Virus record (IMG/VR): IMGVR_UViG_2734482780_000014
Coordinates: 1 to 13,691 of that record
Length of the DNA: 13,691 bases
DNA from: a virus
Lineage: Duplodnaviria; Heunggongvirae; Uroviricota; Caudoviricetes
Reading direction: 5' to 3' (one strand)
Part shown: piece by piece, positions 1 through 7,503 of the stretch
How the letters are laid out: every line of letters begins with the position of its first letter
Position numbering within the stretch: position 1 is the stretch's first letter
Program-made: the position numbers and the translations under genes
Notes under the pieces: model-generated
What the model was told of the DNA's origin: nothing
The model's database searches: none
Seen by the model: the letters and a program-made list of their open reading frames with translations, nothing else

Positions 1-1254
1 ATGCTGGAACAAATGGGCATTGCCGCGAAGCAAGCCTCGTATAAATTAGCGCAACTCTCCAGCCGCGAAAAAAATCGCGTGCTGGAAAAAATCGCCGATG
101 AACTGGAAGCACAAAGCGAAATCATCCTCAACGCTAACGCCCAGGATGTTGCTGACGCGCGTGCCAATGGCCTTGGCGAAGCGATGCTTGACCGTCTGGC
201 ACTGACGCCCGCACGGCTGAAAGGCATTGCCGATGATGTGCGCCAGGTGTGTAACCTCGCCGATCCGGTGGGGCAGGTAATCGATGGCAGCGTACTGGAC
301 AGCGGCCTGCGTCTTGAGCGTCGTCGCGTGCCGCTGGGGGTGATTGGCGTGATTTATGAAGCGCGCCCGAACGTGACGGTTGATGTCGCTTCGCTGTGCC
401 TGAAAACCGGTAATGCGGTGATCCTGCGTGGTGGCAAAGAAACCTGTCGCACTAACGCGGCAACGGTGGCGGTGATTCAGGACGCCCTGAAATCCTGTGG
501 CTTACCGGCGGGTGCCGTGCAGGCGATTGATAATCCTGACCGTGCGCTGGTCAGTGAAATGCTGCGTATGGATAAATACATCGACATGCTGATCCCGCGC
601 GGCGGGGCTGGTTTGCATAAACTGTGCCGCGAACAGTCGACAATCCCGGTGATCACAGGTGGTATAGGCGTATGCCATATTTACGTTGATGAAAGCGCAG
701 AGATCGCTGAAGCATTAAAAGTGATCGTCAACGCGAAAACTCAGCGACCGAGCACATGTAATACGGTAGAAACGTTGCTGGTGAATAAAAACATCGCCGA
801 TAGCTTCCTGCCCGCATTAAGCAAACAAATGGCGGAAAGCGGCGTGACATTACACGCAGATGCAGCTGCGCTGGCGCAGTTGCAGACAGGCCCTGCGAAG
901 GTGGTGGCGGTTAAAGCCGAAGAGTATGACGATGAATTTCTGTCATTAGATTTGAACGTTAAAATCGTCAGCGATCTTGACGATGCCATCGCCCATATTC
1001 GTGAACACGGCACACAACACTCCGATGCGATCCTGACCCGCGATATGCGCAACGCCCAGCGTTTTGTTAACGAAGTGGATTCGTCCGCTGTTTACGTTAA
1101 CGCCTCTACGCGTTTTACCGACGGCGGCCAGTTTGGTCTGGGTGCGGAAGTGGCGGTAAGCACACAAAAACTCCACGCGCGTGGCCCAATGGGGCTGGAA
1201 GCACTGACCACTTACAAGTGGATCGGCATTGGTGATTACACCATTCGTGCGTAA
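1..1254 (+). CDS. proA: gamma-glutamyl phosphate reductase (glutamate-5-semialdehyde dehydrogenase), complete 417 aa
   Basis: Full-length ORF starting at ATG at position 1; translation recognised as E. coli ProA over its whole length (from memory); followed by thrW as in the E. coli proBA-thrW locus. Confidence 0.96.
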   Translation: MLEQMGIAAKQASYKLAQLSSREKNRVLEKIADELEAQSEIILNANAQDVADARANGLGEAMLDRLALTPARLKGIADDVRQVCNLADPVGQVIDGSVLDSGLRLERRRVPLGVIGVIYEARPNVTVDVASLCLKTGNAVILRGGKETCRTNAATVAVIQDALKSCGLPAGAVQAIDNPDRALVSEMLRMDKYIDMLIPRGGAGLHKLCREQSTIPVITGGIGVCHIYVDESAEIAEALKVIVNAKTQRPSTCNTVETLLVNKNIADSFLPALSKQMAESGVTLHADAAALAQLQTGPAKVVAVKAEEYDDEFLSLDLNVKIVSDLDDAIAHIREHGTQHSDAILTRDMRNAQRFVNEVDSSAVYVNASTRFTDGGQFGLGAEVAVSTQKLHARGPMGLEALTTYKWIGIGDYTIRA

Positions 1255-1299
1255 ATAAAACCGGGTGATGCAAAAGTAGCCATTTGATTCACAAGGCCA

Positions 1300-1328
1300 T
1301 TGACGCATCGCCCGGTTAGTTTTAACCT
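1300..1328 (+). promoter_or_regulatory. candidate sigma70 promoter for thrW (-35 TTGACG 1300-1305, 17-nt spacer, -10 TAACCT 1323-1328)
   Basis: Hexamers read directly about 40 nt upstream of the tRNA 5' end; the -10 match is weak. Confidence 0.3.
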
Positions 1329-1368
1329 TGTCCACCGTGATTCACGTTCGTGAACATGTCCTTTCAGG

Positions 1369-1444
1369 GCCGATATAGCTCAGTTGGTAGAGCAGCGCAT
1401 TCGTAATGCGAAGGTCGTAGGTTCGACTCCTATTATCGGCACCA
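1369..1444 (+). tRNA. thrW: tRNA-Thr (anticodon CGU), 76 nt with encoded CCA
   Basis: GCCGATATAGCTCAGTTGGTAGAGCAGCGCATTCGTAATGCGAAGGTCGTAGGTTCGACTCCTATTATCGGCACCA: cloverleaf with D-loop AGCTCAGTTGGTAGAGC, anticodon loop TTCGTAA, T-loop GGTTCGACTCC. Position immediately after proA fits thrW. Confidence 0.95.
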
Positions 1445-1458
1445 TTAAAATCAATAAG

Positions 1459-2622
1459 TTATACATCATTAGTACCTTCCTTATTTTTTGACTGGGACAA
1501 ATTTGGGACCGATGGGTTCAGGATCGAGTCTATTTGCCGTGCGTGTTCGGTAAGGTGATTAGGTGCAAGGTGAGCATATCGACGAACCATTTCGATAGAC
1601 TCCCAGCCTCCCATTTCCTGTAAAACTGACAACGGGACTCCGGCTTGAACCAGCCAACTTGCCCAGGTGTGTCTCAAGTCGTGAAATCTGAAATCATCAA
1701 TACCAGCCCGTCTCAGCGCCGCTTTCCAGGCTGTGTTTGCGTCATACCGCATCTTCCTTACTGTTGGCGCTTTCGTTCCGTCTGGTTTGGTACAGCTTTC
1801 CTTGTACACAAATACCCAACGGTGATGATTCCCGATTTGTTTTTTCAATACGCGACATGCAGTATCATTCAGCGCAACGCCAATTGCGCGGTTTGATTTA
1901 CTCTCTTCCGGGTTTATCCATGCCACCCGGCGCTGCATATCTATTTGTTGCCATTCAAGGTTGATGATGTTCGAGCGTCTTAAGCCTGTTGCCAGTGCAA
2001 ATTCAACAACAGACTTTAATGGCTCCGGACATTCATCAATCAGCCTTTGTGCTTCATGGGGCTCCAGCCAGCGGATCCGTTTATTCTTTGGTTGAGGCAC
2101 TTTAATAATTGGTGCCTTATCCAGCATTTTCCATTCACGCTCTGCGGCTCTTAGTAGGGCCTTTATAAATGAAAGATGCGTAGCCTTCGTTGCAACGGAC
2201 GCTGGTTTTGGCGTGTATTCTGGAACAGGTTTCCCTTTTTTTCTGCATGCTTCTGCCCTGAGTTTCCAGTTTTCCTCATGACGCCGGTTCGTCATTTTCT
2301 GCATTGCTGAATAAATTTTTGATTCAGTAATGTCTCTTAGTTGCATTCCTGCGAAATGTTGAAGCCAGAATCCGATCCGGCTTTTGTCATCGTCCAGTGA
2401 TTTTTTATGTGCTTTCTCTTCAAGCCACCTGACACACGCTTCCTCGAACGTTATATCAGGTATTTCACCAAGTTTGCTGACCCGCCATGCTTCAGCCTTT
2501 AGCTTGTCATGGAGTTCTGTCGCCTGCCTTTTGTCCTTTGTTCCAAGAGACTGTTTAAATCTTTTACCGTTCGGCAATGTGAAACTGGCGTACCATATTT
2601 CACCTCTGCGGAAGAGTGACAT
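1459..2622 (-). CDS. int: tyrosine site-specific integrase, P22 Int-like, 387 aa
   Basis: 387-aa ORF adjacent to thrW; translation closely resembles phage P22 integrase as remembered (MSLFRRGE...HDLRHTWAS...VRRYAHL); ATG at 2622 with SD AGAGGAAAG upstream. Confidence 0.94.
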   Translation of the reverse strand: MSLFRRGEIWYASFTLPNGKRFKQSLGTKDKRQATELHDKLKAEAWRVSKLGEIPDITFEEACVRWLEEKAHKKSLDDDKSRIGFWLQHFAGMQLRDITESKIYSAMQKMTNRRHEENWKLRAEACRKKGKPVPEYTPKPASVATKATHLSFIKALLRAAEREWKMLDKAPIIKVPQPKNKRIRWLEPHEAQRLIDECPEPLKSVVEFALATGLRRSNIINLEWQQIDMQRRVAWINPEESKSNRAIGVALNDTACRVLKKQIGNHHRWVFVYKESCTKPDGTKAPTVRKMRYDANTAWKAALRRAGIDDFRFHDLRHTWASWLVQAGVPLSVLQEMGGWESIEMVRRYAHLAPNHLTEHARQIDSILNPSVPNLSQSKNKEGTNDV

Positions 2623-2849
2623 TTTCTTTCCTCTGTTATGCCATCACCCGCGCTCACCTGGACAGTATGCAGCGGAGACTGAAGAGCCGCAATGCAGGCT
2701 TGTCGTGTTGTGAGGTAAGGAGATTTATTCTTAGTGGGATCTTTGCGTGTTGCCTGAAGACGCCCTGTGCGTATCCAGTTAATGGCAGTCGGTCTGGATA
2801 TCTTGAGAAAATGACAGGCCTCATCGAGTGTGAGGCTGTATGGCTCCAT
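2499..2849 (-). CDS. xis: excisionase (P22 Xis-like), 116 aa from internal ATG at 2849
   Basis: ATG at 2849 preceded by AAGAGGTGAAATA; product [38 protein letters not shown]... resembles P22 Xis; overlaps the int 5' end by 124 nt. The ORF-track start at 2933 is probably an upstream extension. Confidence 0.8.
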   Translation of the reverse strand: MEPYSLTLDEACHFLKISRPTAINWIRTGRLQATRKDPTKNKSPYLTTRQACIAALQSPLHTVQVSAGDGITEERKCHSSAEVKYGTPVSHCRTVKDLNSLLEQRTKGRRQNSMTS

Positions 2850-3154
2850 TATTTCACCTCTTGCTGTGACATTGTTGAAAAATGGATACCAGCTCGTTGC
2901 TGCCAGACGATCCAACCGAGAGTCATATCCCATGCCATGTATTCGTTATCGCCGTTTTTTGCTCTCCGACGATCTACTAAGTCACCGAAACGCTTTTCCA
3001 TGAATAATTCATAAGCTTCGCGTTCATCTGGTTCTACTTCCAGAGATAGGAGTGCGATTTCATAAGCACGGCGCTCAATATCGTCTCGCACGTCAAGGCT
3101 GCTGATACGCTCTTTAATTTCTTTAATCAGTTCTTTGTCGGTAAAAGTGGTCAT
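2849..3154 (-). CDS. yfdT: hypothetical early-left phage protein, 101 aa (YfdT-like by size and position)
   Basis: ORF with ATG at 3154; its stop overlaps the xis ATG (TAATG). Symbol assigned from remembered CPS-53 gene sizes and order (yfdP 120, yfdQ 274, yfdR 178, yfdS 120, yfdT 101), not from alignment. Confidence 0.55.
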   Translation of the reverse strand: MTTFTDKELIKEIKERISSLDVRDDIERRAYEIALLSLEVEPDEREAYELFMEKRFGDLVDRRRAKNGDNEYMAWDMTLGWIVWQQRAGIHFSTMSQQEVK

Positions 3155-3516
3155 TATGCTCCAGCCTCCGGTGCTTTTGGCATTACTGCCCAGTGAGTGA
3201 TATTGACGTTTTCAAGGTCCCCGACCTGAAATGTCCACTGCCATTCTCCGGTTTCTTTTTGTCCCCAGGTGTACCAGAGAGAACGCCAGCCAATTAGCCA
3301 GCCTTCTCCGTTAGCATCGAATAACAAAACACTTTCATTTGCTGGTGGCAGTTCAGTTGACACTGGTATTACTTTGTTTTCCTGTGCTGCACATTTAGCT
3401 TCAAGCGCATCGAATTTACGCACCAGGTATTCAGCATCTGTTTCATTTACTTTCAGATCTCGCGGTACACATCTCCCACGAAGAAACCCTTCCATTTCGA
3501 AAACATTCATGCGCAT
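3154..3516 (-). CDS. yfdS: hypothetical early-left phage protein, 120 aa (YfdS-like)
   Basis: ATG at 3516 (second ATG at 3510 forms an ATGA overlap with the upstream stop); its stop overlaps the next start as TAATG at 3154. Confidence 0.6.
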   Translation of the reverse strand: MRMNVFEMEGFLRGRCVPRDLKVNETDAEYLVRKFDALEAKCAAQENKVIPVSTELPPANESVLLFDANGEGWLIGWRSLWYTWGQKETGEWQWTFQVGDLENVNITHWAVMPKAPEAGA

Positions 3517-4043
3517 TTGCGTAACTCCGATAACTCGTTAAAGCGTTCCATAAACATCCCGTAGGCATGGCCCGGTGCCAGTGGAATCACGTTGAACATC
3601 TCTGTTGCCGGGATACCTTCCAGTACAGGCCAGAAAGAGCCATCATCAAGCCCGAGATCGCGGCGTTCGGTTGCCAGCATGATGAGATCGGCATATTTCA
3701 CGGGCGTACTCATAACTGGGGGTAACCCGTATTTCTCACGGATTACGGCGTCTATTTTTTCTTCCATTTGTTTATAGTCAGGAAGAAGGCGTTTCAGTGG
3801 TGCGGGAATGTCCTGGCAATACGCTTCTGTTGCATCATGCATTAACGCTTCAAAAGCAAATTCCTGCGGCACCAACTGGCTGCAAAGAACCGCATGTTGG
3901 GCGACGCTGTAGAAGTGCGAAAGATGACCGGCAAAGCGACAGATATTTGAAAGGGAAACCGCGATATCGTTAATATCGATGTCGTCTTTATTTATCCTGT
4001 CATAATAAAAATGCTTCCCGGAAAAAGTTTTAATAAATGACAT
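3507..4043 (-). CDS. yfdR: HD-domain phosphohydrolase (YfdR-like 5'-deoxynucleotidase family), 178 aa
   Basis: H...HD signature (..LMHDATEAY..) in the translation; ATG at 4043 preceded by GGAG 8 nt upstream. The ORF-track start at 4070 is a GTG extension. Confidence 0.8.
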   Translation of the reverse strand: MSFIKTFSGKHFYYDRINKDDIDINDIAVSLSNICRFAGHLSHFYSVAQHAVLCSQLVPQEFAFEALMHDATEAYCQDIPAPLKRLLPDYKQMEEKIDAVIREKYGLPPVMSTPVKYADLIMLATERRDLGLDDGSFWPVLEGIPATEMFNVIPLAPGHAYGMFMERFNELSELRKCA

Positions 4044-4170
4044 TTTGTTCTCCACGTATATGCGCTGCACCGCGCTGAATTCTGGTAAAAAGAATCCCTC
4101 ACCATCCGGCGATTATTGAGTAAATTACGTTTCCATAAATGCCCCCGCAGGGGCATTTGCAGTAATGAAA

Positions 4171-4995
4171 TCAGGCGGTGAAAGTACCAATAAAGGTTTC
4201 TACTTTGCTGTCCTTGAATTTCTCAACAAGCAGATCACGAAATTCGTTAGCCATTTCTTCCTGCACCGCCTCCAGCTGAATAATGCGCAGAACCAGTACA
4301 GGACGATCGCCAGTGATAATACTGAGGCGTAATTTAAACGGACGTTCTTTCAGACCTTCAAACGGAACGCATTTAAATTCAAATGCCACTGGCATAATGT
4401 CTTTGATCTTCGCTTCGACAGACTCCATCAGGGAGCGTTTGCCGCTGAAGTCATTATCTTCAAAATCAGCGGTCTGGTTTGCTTCAATCGTGATTTTACG
4501 GACAGCCGCAGCCGCTTTTGTTGCCTGAATAGCGTCACCATTAGCATCAAAGCCCACAAGATAGTCGGCCCAGTCTTCAATCCATTCTGCCAGTGACTTC
4601 TGGGAGTTACGCTCGCCGTTAACAGACAACAGAGCAGAGAACGGTGCTGTCTTTTTCAGTTTGAGTGTGGCGGTGTTATCTGCGTGACCTGGTTCATCAA
4701 TAGTACCCAGGTTAAGCACACTGACGGCACGCATATTATCAGCATCGATAAAGCAGCGGGTGCCTTCATCTGCAAGATCTTTAGAATAACGGGTAAAGTC
4801 ATCGATGCTGGCAGTGGAAAGCGCACCACGGAAACGGAAGCGATTTAAATTAAATTTTTCCAGATCATGAATGCGGAAATTCTCAGGCAATGCCACAGCA
4901 TCGGCACCAATCTTACTGATAATTTCATTAACACCCTGAGCAGAAATAAGGGCATGGATTTGATTAATTGAGGTTGCGTCTAAGTTCTGAGACAT
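4171..4995 (-). CDS. yfdQ: hypothetical phage protein, 274 aa (YfdQ-like, DUF2303-type by recollection)
   Basis: ATG at 4995 with SD GAGGA upstream; size and position match yfdQ of CPS-53. Confidence 0.65.
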   Translation of the reverse strand: MSQNLDATSINQIHALISAQGVNEIISKIGADAVALPENFRIHDLEKFNLNRFRFRGALSTASIDDFTRYSKDLADEGTRCFIDADNMRAVSVLNLGTIDEPGHADNTATLKLKKTAPFSALLSVNGERNSQKSLAEWIEDWADYLVGFDANGDAIQATKAAAAVRKITIEANQTADFEDNDFSGKRSLMESVEAKIKDIMPVAFEFKCVPFEGLKERPFKLRLSIITGDRPVLVLRIIQLEAVQEEMANEFRDLLVEKFKDSKVETFIGTFTA

Positions 4996-5060
4996 AATAA
5001 GTCCTCACTATATAAAGATATTCAGTGATGAGATAAATAATCAGTTAATTAAAAACGATA

Positions 5061-5423
5061 TTAACGACCTGCTGCGCGGAGTTTTCCGTCAGGTTCACCG
5101 GCAAGAGTCAGTAACTGTCCCTGGTCTTCCTGCAGAATAGTCAGGCGACCACCGCGATTGACATACATCGGCGTTTCGGTGGTGTCTTCTTCGGAAATTT
5201 TCCCGCGGTTAGTCGGGCGAACATATGAGAGTTTGTGTTTGATTTTCACACGGTTCTCATCAAATGGTTCGATTTCCAGGTTGAGTGAGACCTTACCTTT
5301 GGTTTTCGTGTTCATCACACCGGAAGCGACTTCACTGAGAACTGCGCCGATTTTGGTTTCAAATACGCCGCCGTCCAGCTCCCCGATAAATGCCTGCACA
5401 TCAGTACTGCGTTCGCTAGCCAT
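5061..5423 (-). CDS. yfdP: hypothetical phage protein, 120 aa (YfdP-like)
   Basis: ATG at 5423 preceded by GAGGAG at 8 nt. The upstream 106 codons of ORF 5061-5741 are Arg/Cys-rich read-through of GC-rich non-coding DNA and were excluded. Confidence 0.65.
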   Translation of the reverse strand: MASERSTDVQAFIGELDGGVFETKIGAVLSEVASGVMNTKTKGKVSLNLEIEPFDENRVKIKHKLSYVRPTNRGKISEEDTTETPMYVNRGGRLTILQEDQGQLLTLAGEPDGKLRAAGR

Positions 5424-5471
5424 TTTGCTGCTCCTCATCATATCGACCCTGCAAGGCCGATTAGTTTCTCC

Positions 5472-5560
5472 ACAAAACAGAGAAGAACACCTGCGGTGGC
5501 AGCCGCCCGGATGGATTGGGTTATGAGCCCGTCGTCCGGTGATGCTCTTCTCTGTTTTGT
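5472..5560. repeat. perfect 14-bp inverted repeat (ACAAAACAGAGAAG / CTTCTCTGTTTTGT) flanking a 61-nt GC-rich spacer
   Basis: Arms at 5472-5485 and 5547-5560 read directly; lies in a ~470-bp region with no credible ORF on either strand. Confidence 0.7.
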
Positions 5561-5824
5561 AAAAAGGACGGTACCAGCCGGAAGCAAGGGTACAAACTGG
5601 TACCTCCAGGACTACACACAGCATAAAGTTGTGGTGCCGGGTGCCTCCCGGTGCCTGGCGAAGGTTGCACACCAGACGGGTGGGTATCCACAGAAGGTCG
5701 ACTGTCAGCCTCAACCTTAACCCGCGTGCGCTGAGCCGCATTCACCACAACGCTAAGGATTCTCTCTGGTTAAAAATACTTAGCTGTTATGTGCCTGCTT
5801 TTAGCCACATCAGGCGAGGTGGAC

Positions 5825-5876
5825 CTGGTTATTCCCCAACAACAAGGATTCGGTTAATCTGGTTATCCCCAACAAC
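5825..5876 (+). repeat. two direct repeats CTGGTTAT(T)CCCCAACAAC with 34-bp period, immediately upstream of the 5892 start codon
   Basis: Copies at 5825-5843 and 5859-5876 differ by one T; further GGTTA motifs at 5767 and 5853. Confidence 0.7.
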
Positions 5877-5891
5877 GCAAAAGGAAAAGAA

Positions 5892-6326
5892 ATGTCCGGT
5901 AATATCTACACGCTGTACAAATCCCACTGTGAAAATGTTGGAAAGTATCGGGGCATTGAAATCAGTGGGGTAGTGTCATCAGTCGAAATAAGCAAAGTGG
6001 AATCAAGGGCAACATTACTTACTCTTCTGGACCTTGTCTTACATGAGCACCGGAAGAAATTCGGCACTCCCTATAATCAGTTGAATGGGAAAAAGGCTCT
6101 GGTTCACCTTATTCTGATGAAGCATCACTGGATGCCAAAACAGATTAATGAGATGAAATTTGATGAACTTCTTCTTTCAATTCAGGATGAACTCACACTT
6201 GATAAAATAAGCGTAACCGCCCAGAAATTTTTAGATTATCGAGACTGGAGATCACAAATTCATCACTTTGATGATTTTGACGAAAATGAATGGGATCCTA
6301 ATTTGTCTGCACAATATCTAAAGTAA
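5892..6326 (+). CDS. hypothetical protein, 144 aa; AT-rich moron opposite to the leftward early operon
   Basis: ATG at 5892 with AAGGA 6 nt upstream; clearly more AT-rich than flanks; no recognisable motif; acidic C-terminus. Confidence 0.7.
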   Translation: MSGNIYTLYKSHCENVGKYRGIEISGVVSSVEISKVESRATLLTLLDLVLHEHRKKFGTPYNQLNGKKALVHLILMKHHWMPKQINEMKFDELLLSIQDELTLDKISVTAQKFLDYRDWRSQIHHFDDFDENEWDPNLSAQYLK

Positions 6327-6504
6327 CATCCTGTGATAAAACCGTGATTTCCTGATCCAGTTTTTTTAAGGAGTCTATTGTTTCCTGTCGATAAGACAGC
6401 ACTTCACGAAGCTGGTTTATAGCTGCCAGCTTCTTTGCCATCCACTCGTAAATTTCCTCATCTGTGTAGCCAGGCGCGACGATTTTGGGTTCTGTTTTGT
6501 GCAT
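6298..6504 (-). CDS. hypothetical small protein, 68 aa (first gene downstream of candidate pL; acidic, coiled-coil-like, not N-like)
   Basis: ATG at 6504 preceded by GAGGAG at 9 nt; the ORF-track start at 6519 is TTG. Its 3' end overlaps the 144-aa ORF convergently by 29 nt. Confidence 0.6.
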   Translation of the reverse strand: MHKTEPKIVAPGYTDEEIYEWMAKKLAAINQLREVLSYRQETIDSLKKLDQEITVLSQDVTLDIVQTN

Positions 6505-6548
6505 TTCACATCTCCTCAAGTTATCAGTTACTTGTTGATGGGGACCAG

Positions 6549-6561
6549 ATTGTTAAAGAGC
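6549..6561 (-). promoter_or_regulatory. rrn-type boxA-like element GCTCTTTAACAAT in the pL leader RNA, immediately 3' of a hairpin
   Basis: Minus-strand sequence matches the remembered rrn boxA core (TGCTCTTTAACAAT...) at 13 of 13 positions; lies between candidate pL and the first leftward gene. Confidence 0.5.
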
Positions 6562-6563
6562 TA

Positions 6564-6587
6564 AGCGTCCTGTAGGGCGCTTTTTTG
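6564..6587 (+). terminator. intrinsic terminator for plus-strand transcripts (stem AGCGUCC/GGGCGCU, loop UGUA, then UUUUUU)
   Basis: 7-bp stem with one G-U pair followed by a T6 run on the plus strand; the same hairpin on the minus strand precedes the boxA-like element. Confidence 0.55.
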
Positions 6588-6671
6588 TTGCTAACGAATC
6601 ATCCTGGACTTCATATGCCCCAGGCGGCTACTTCGTGGGCGTCCTGCCTGTTTGTTGTTTCGCTTGGGTAC

Positions 6672-6699
6672 ATTATGTATCTCAAAGGTACATTATCAA
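6672..6699 (-). promoter_or_regulatory. candidate pL (-35 TTGATA 6699-6694, 16-nt spacer, -10 CATAAT 6677-6672) overlapped by GGTACATTAT direct repeats (putative OL)
   Basis: Hexamers read on the minus strand just downstream of the repressor terminator; GGTACATTAT copies at 6667-6676 and 6687-6696 overlap the -10 and -35. Confidence 0.45.
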
Positions 6700-6702
6700 G
6701 TA

Positions 6703-6727
6703 TAAAAAAACCTGCCGAAGCAGGTTC
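6703..6727 (-). terminator. intrinsic terminator downstream of the repressor gene (stem AACCUGC, UUCG tetraloop, U7 tract)
   Basis: Minus strand reads GAACCUGC-UUCG-GCAGGUU followed by UUUUUUU, 12 nt after the repressor stop. Confidence 0.7.
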
Positions 6728-6738
6728 ATAAACATTGA

Positions 6739-7413
6739 TTAGGCTTTGATTTTGTATCTTCTTGGTTTTCCTGAGAAAATCACTGTACCAATTATAGAGC
6801 AATTACCGTTGATCTTAATGTAAGGCTCAGGCCAGTTTGGGTTTAACGCTTTGAGATAACGCTGTGTCCCATCTTCTATCAACCTTTTGAAGGTGGTTTC
6901 ACCTGTATCGTGCATCAATGCAATAACGTCGTCACCGTGGCAGGCAGGTACTTCAGGATCGACAAAAATCATGTCTCCCGGGCGGTACTCATCAATCATT
7001 GAATCACCTATCACCCGCAAGATATAAGTCATTTCCCCACAGGGTACAGGGCAGGGATACGTTTCTGCTGTGCTCAAATCAACCTCAGAATATCCAACTT
7101 CTTTCCATGCTCCGGCCTGTACCCATGATATGACAGGGACTAATGTGATTTGTTTATTAGTGATTGAAACATCAGGTTTTTTTGTGATGTTCGTTGTCTG
7201 GTGTTCTTGATCGAGCCATCCGACAGGCAGGTCGAAACATTTTTCGATGTGTCGTGCCATGCTGTCACCGATATTTTTAGTAGCACCATCTCCCATAAAC
7301 CTGCTGGTCTGGGTTGGCTCGCGATCAATCATAGTGGCAAAGGAAGAATTCCCGCCAACACCATCTCTCAGTTTTCTGGCGTTAGACCGCCGGATGTCAT
7401 GGATTGTTTTCAT
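6739..7413 (-). CDS. CI-type prophage repressor with C-terminal S24 LexA-like peptidase domain, 224 aa
   Basis: C-terminal region resembles P22 C2 (..VIGDSM.. and LNPNWPEPYIKINGNCSIIG vs remembered LNPQYPMIEINGNCKIIG); divergent to a cro-like gene across an operator region. Confidence 0.9.
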   Translation of the reverse strand: MKTIHDIRRSNARKLRDGVGGNSSFATMIDREPTQTSRFMGDGATKNIGDSMARHIEKCFDLPVGWLDQEHQTTNITKKPDVSITNKQITLVPVISWVQAGAWKEVGYSEVDLSTAETYPCPVPCGEMTYILRVIGDSMIDEYRPGDMIFVDPEVPACHGDDVIALMHDTGETTFKRLIEDGTQRYLKALNPNWPEPYIKINGNCSIIGTVIFSGKPRRYKIKA

Positions 7414-7428
7414 AACGAAATTAAAACC

Positions 7429-7449
7429 CTTGTACCGTTAAGGTACAAG
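7429..7449. promoter_or_regulatory. operator palindrome CTTGTACC-GTTAA-GGTACAAG (GTAC-N7-GTAC)
   Basis: Perfect 8-bp inverted arms in the repressor/cro intergenic region. Confidence 0.6.
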
Positions 7450-7453
7450 TATC

Positions 7454-7481
7454 TTGAAGGTTCATTTCAATCATGTAATAT
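7454..7481 (+). promoter_or_regulatory. candidate pR (-35 TTGAAG 7454-7459, 16-nt spacer, -10 TAATAT 7476-7481)
   Basis: Hexamers upstream of the cro SD GGAGG (7489-7493); the second operator overlaps the predicted start site. Confidence 0.4.
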
Positions 7482-7498
7482 GTACACCGGAGGTACAT
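7480..7498. promoter_or_regulatory. operator palindrome ATGTAC-ACCGGAG-GTACAT (GTAC-N7-GTAC)
   Basis: Same half-site and spacing as the 7429-7449 palindrome. Confidence 0.55.
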
Positions 7499-7503
7499 AT
7501 TGT

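Noticed and set aside
1645-1964. Plus-strand ORFs of 83 and 75 aa inside the integrase gene
   Set aside because: Fully embedded antisense to a well-supported integrase CDS, with no SD and no protein-like features. Similar antisense or embedded ORFs (741-1335 in proA, 2384-3014, 3269-3541, 3592-3777, 4283-4528, 5158-5526, 7872-8123, 8133-8402, 8379-8651, 9634-9931, 11436-12273, 12548-12730, 13286-13483) were rejected for the same reason.
5472-5560. Retron msr/msd (a1/a2 inverted repeats) hypothesis
   Set aside because: The repeat arms are only 61 nt apart, far shorter than a retron msr-msd, and no reverse transcriptase gene is present.
5061-5741. 226-aa minus-strand ORF extending the yfdP-like gene upstream
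   Set aside because: The extra 106 N-terminal codons are Arg/Cys/Pro-rich translation of the GC-rich non-coding block; a strong SD (GAGGAG) precedes the internal ATG at 5423, giving a 120-aa protein.
5825-5891. Type III toxin-antitoxin (ToxIN-like) repeat array upstream of the 144-aa ORF
   Set aside because: Only two copies, which match over about 19 nt and then diverge; no intervening terminator. Regulatory binding sites are a more economical explanation, though this is not excluded.
6298-6504. Lambda N-like antiterminator identity for the first pL gene
   Set aside because: The 68-aa protein is acidic and lacks the Arg-rich N-terminal RNA-binding motif; no boxB-type GNRA pentaloop hairpin follows the boxA.
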